Assembly (NCBI GenBank): GCA_964199315.1
Contig: OZ116703.1
Location: 7,750,001 to 7,814,000, forward strand
Direction: 5' to 3'
Source of the DNA: Orbicella franksi
Lineage: Eukaryota
DNA length: 64,000 bases
A program made the position numbers and the translations under genes. The notes below the pieces were generated by a model. The model did not search any database. It was given only the letters and a program-made list of their open reading frames with translations, and had not been told where the DNA came from. Below, piece after piece: positions 60,425 through 64,000 of this stretch; within the stretch, counting starts at the first letter, position 1, and each line of letters starts with the position of its first letter.

Positions 60425-63400
60425 TGTTTGTCTAAATCATTGTTGATTAGAATTATTAAATTCGTCTTTTGGTATGGTCAGAGGATGTTTTCCAATTTGG
60501 TCTATTTTGGTTTCGGTAGATAACACCTTCCTTGGTCTGCTTAATTCTTCATATCACACACAGCATCATCTAATATCTATTACCATCAATGTTCTGATAT
60601 CTATGTACCCATAGTAATTCCCAGTCTGGAAGACAAAACAACGGTTTTTCTCTCCCCTGAGATGAACAAACCTTTCAAATGCAAATCAATCTTATTGTTT
60701 TGTGCTCCAGATTGGAAATTAACTGAAAGGGGTCTATTGATCGTTACATGAATGACAGCTTCTTCTTCACTGAGTACTTAGTATATTATGCTGTTAGCCC
60801 AAAATCCTAAGGAACTGCACAATTAATATCAGAATTGAACAGGATAAAGTTGATATACAATAAATGGATTGTACAACTTGAAAAATAATTTAATTAAGAA
60901 TAACCCTATCATTTGCAGTCTTCGCACAATTCGTTATCATTCAATTGACAACTTGGACAACATTTAGTTAATTATGGAGCGATTTTTGTATGGCCTTAAA
61001 ATGATTAGCGTGCACACGAACGAAACAACAAACAAACTAACCGGAAGCAATATGATTGGTTTAGCAAACGCATGCGAACGCGCGCGGCTTTTGGTTGGTT
61101 TAGTTAGCGAACACACAAAGCAATGTTTACGGATGGCGAGTTTCTATTCTCTTCGCATGCGCGCCACTCGCTTTTAAGGATGAAAGCATAATCGAATTCT
61201 AAGGCTTTCTATACGTTAAGGTTTGTTTGTTCTAGCGTACAAGCATAAGTAAGATGTTTATAACTAGTTCCCTTTTTAAGCAAAATTTCCGGACAGAAGA
61301 CGCCATTTAATTCAGCAACACCAGTACACCGACTTTGGTGGCTAAAACAAAGGGAGATTTCAAACTGTTTCCCGCTTTCACCTACTTTGGTCGAAATTTT
61401 CGTTCTCGTTTGTCAAAATGGCCTCAAACAATGATGAACTCAGCTGCGGTCAAACGCAACTTTGCATTGGTAAATAAAACCTTTGCATAATTCACACATT
61501 AAAACATTATCATTCAGCGTTAAAAACTCAGTTATGAAACAACACATACAAGTTTTTACTATAAACCCCTATTGTGGCGTTTGGAAATGGAAAATTACGT
61601 GAAGCTAAAGTTCTTAGGTGGAAAGTTTGGGACTTTGCGTTGTCGGCCGCCACCTGCCTCTCTTTCTTATAAACTGAATGGATTCTATACTTAGAATTGC
61701 AGATATTTGAGTAATGTTTTCAACACCTATGACAAAGGAGAGTCCATTATACAGTTCAATGATAATGAATGTCCGGAAATTTACTGCATCCGAACAGCAC
61801 AACATATACACTTAGTTTCGTAGCAGAAACGGAATATTTTAACCCCTGAGCTAGGTCAGCAAGCAACGGGAAAAACTGCGGAAGGTGGGTTTCAAATTTG
61901 AATTTTGTTGTTATCGGTTTGTAAGAAAGTAAAATAGTCTGATTGTAAGCTAAATGAAAAGGATTTCGACAAAGTTTTCCTTGCGTGTTGAAACCAGGTT
62001 CTTCTTTTCTATCGCTGTTAGCTTCTGGCAAACAAAAAAAAAAAAAAATGAAACTTTCGCTATCTGTTAATTCGATTACCAGCCATATCTGAATTTTAGG
62101 TATTTCATCAGTTGTAACACTGTGTATAAAGATTTGCGCATTTCGAAAACTGTTTTGTTGAGTTTCGTTTCATTTTCAGGGGGGTTTCATTTATTGTGAT
62201 GGAAATTAACTGTCAGTCTACAGTCTTCTGCGATAAGGTTGATTCTAACAAAAAATCCGTAAAACCTAAAATAAGACTGCTTTTAAGCATCCAAGGTCTT
62301 TTCAGTTGCATAACTAAAAATGCTAGCTAGCATTGCAATCAGATAAGAGTGTAAGCCAATGCAGTCTTTTTCCATCCTAATCACCCTTCTGTATCAGTTA
62401 AAGAAATCATCAGCGACAAAAACAATAGCTTCTTAAATTTTAATGCAATGTATTGTTAGACGCAGAACAATTCTAGAGATCAGGCTTCGATGTTAATAGG
62501 CCAGTCTGCAAACACAAAGTTATATTTTTCTGCTACACACTTTGAGATTTTCCTTCGAGTCAAGATTATTTTTTGTGATCAAACGAAAGTTGCTACCGAA
62601 GCTCTACCAAACGTTGAATCTGCGCATTCATTAATACATTTCAACATTAAGGTTTACCAAGAGGAAATGATAACTTGGGTTTAAATTTGCTTTAAATTTT
62701 GTCTTACATGCAAAGATGATACTGTGTCTACTTCGTGTCCCTGTTTTAAGCTATAACGAGGCCTCGTGTTTTGCGTTTCTTCTCTGCTTTGATTAATTTT
62801 GTTCCTAATGGATTTACGAAAATTAGATTAAAGTGCGAAATCGTGTGAAGCCAAAAGTCTAATTCAAAACGTATATATTGTGAAATTTTAATTAATCTCT
62901 TCATATTTAATATTGCACAGCTATTACACACCTAAACGGCAAATGTTTATATAGGTTTGTTCCATTGGAGGTTTCATGTAACTCAGGGTTCAAATGTAAA
63001 CTAAATAAATGAGGATTTCCTAAACAAGTAGGTTGATTAAGACACTAGCAAACACAATGTTTATCACACCTTTTGTAAACTAGCTATTGACATATCTTTG
63101 AAGTTTTCCGCCTTAAACGTCACGCAATAATTAGCTGTTGCTCACTGGATAAAGAAAAGAGAAGCAATTGCGTTGAGCTAAAACAATAACTCAGCCTTGT
63201 GGAAAACATCAACGGCAACCTAAAACGCTAGATTTGACACTACATAAATATTAAAGTATTACATAAACCGATAGCAAATTTCGTATAAAAGAAATTTTGA
63301 TTCCCACATTTGAAATTGTCTCTAATTACAATCGAACGTAAATCCACAAATGCGACTGATGAGAACGTTTTAAGTAATGCATATTATATGTAATCGCTCG

Positions 63401-63587
63401 AAGCGAAATGGTTGTTTCAGTTTGAATTCCGGTTAATGAGTCTGTCAAATGCGAATCATTTTGTTTTGCTCCGGTCCATGACAAGTTGTTAATATTTCAG
63501 CTAATACCATTTATTTTTGTAAGAATTAACAATATAGCTCACTTCCTCTTGACCCAAGGTGATATTAAGATATCGAAGAAGTCATAA

Positions 63588-63661
63588 TTACAGCCAGTGA
63601 AACATCATTACAGGATCACCTGTCACAACTGAAGTGAAATTGGTTTTCACGCTATGCGGAC
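63588..63661 (-). CDS. Possible terminal exon of a minus-strand gene extending beyond the window
   Basis: CTAAC branch-like motif, T-tract and acceptor CCGGATAG, then (G)PHSVKTNFTSVVTGDPVMMFHWL*; no homology recognised. Confidence 0.25.
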
Positions 63662-63709
63662 CTATCCGGAAAAAAAAAGCCGTTAGAGGCCTTGATGAAA
63701 ATGATGAAA

Positions 63710-63797
63710 ATAAACCAAACGAACAAACAAACAAACAAACAAACAAACAAACAAACAATAAAACAAAACAATAACAACAACAAAACAAAAACAAAAA
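63710..63797 (+). repeat. (AAAC)n microsatellite
   Basis: GAACAAACAAACAAACAAAC... Confidence 0.85.
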
Positions 63798-64000
63798 AGG
63801 AGCAAATCAGCAGTGTGGTCATATATTAAAATGTTCAAAATTGCATCGTGTTAGTAATATATTGTCATAAATAGGCTAGTTGGGATTATGAAAAGTTTGA
63901 CAATCTAGGCGGATCTTTGGTCACGCCGGTAATTTTCCAATGTGAGAAACAACCATTTCAGTGTGTGGGCATTTTCCATTTCATTAAAAGTTGAGGAGCT

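Overview
This is eukaryotic animal genomic DNA, most likely a scleractinian coral or other anthozoan (inferred from the AT-rich introns and the MITE/SINE repertoire). There are no rRNA genes, real tRNA genes or CRISPR arrays. I reconstructed exon chains by hand with consistent splice phases. Four conserved genes are present: a SUV4-20/KMT5B H4K20 methyltransferase (+, 7 exons, 2287-9541, 486 aa), the ankyrin-DHHC palmitoyltransferase ZDHHC17/HIP14 (+, 18 exons, 15898-31982, 617 aa), an EBP/EBPL (EXPERA) family ER membrane protein (+, 4 exons, 34415-39132, 213 aa) and an intronless BRF2 (-, 41697-43232, 511 aa). A fifth, unrecognised 4-exon gene (+, 50006-56202, 257 aa) encodes a secreted, Cys-containing, highly basic protein that looks like a precursor. 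The strongest observations are: (1) this orphan secreted precursor; (2) a textbook AT-AC minor-spliceosome (U12) intron in ZDHHC17 (24740-26786), enlarged by nested transposons; (3) a very young 5'-truncated Penelope-like retroelement forming a ~2 kb palindrome (678-bp arms), each arm carrying a minimal hammerhead-ribozyme-like motif with a U3-A8 core variant; (4) a candidate small spliced gene head-to-head with ZDHHC17; (5) a sharp CpG-depletion boundary inside ZDHHC17. The rest is dense non-autonomous DNA transposons (TA, TTAA, 5-9 bp TSD families), tRNA-derived SINEs, LINE relics and a decayed Academ-like transposase. Family assignments come from motif recognition, not database searches.
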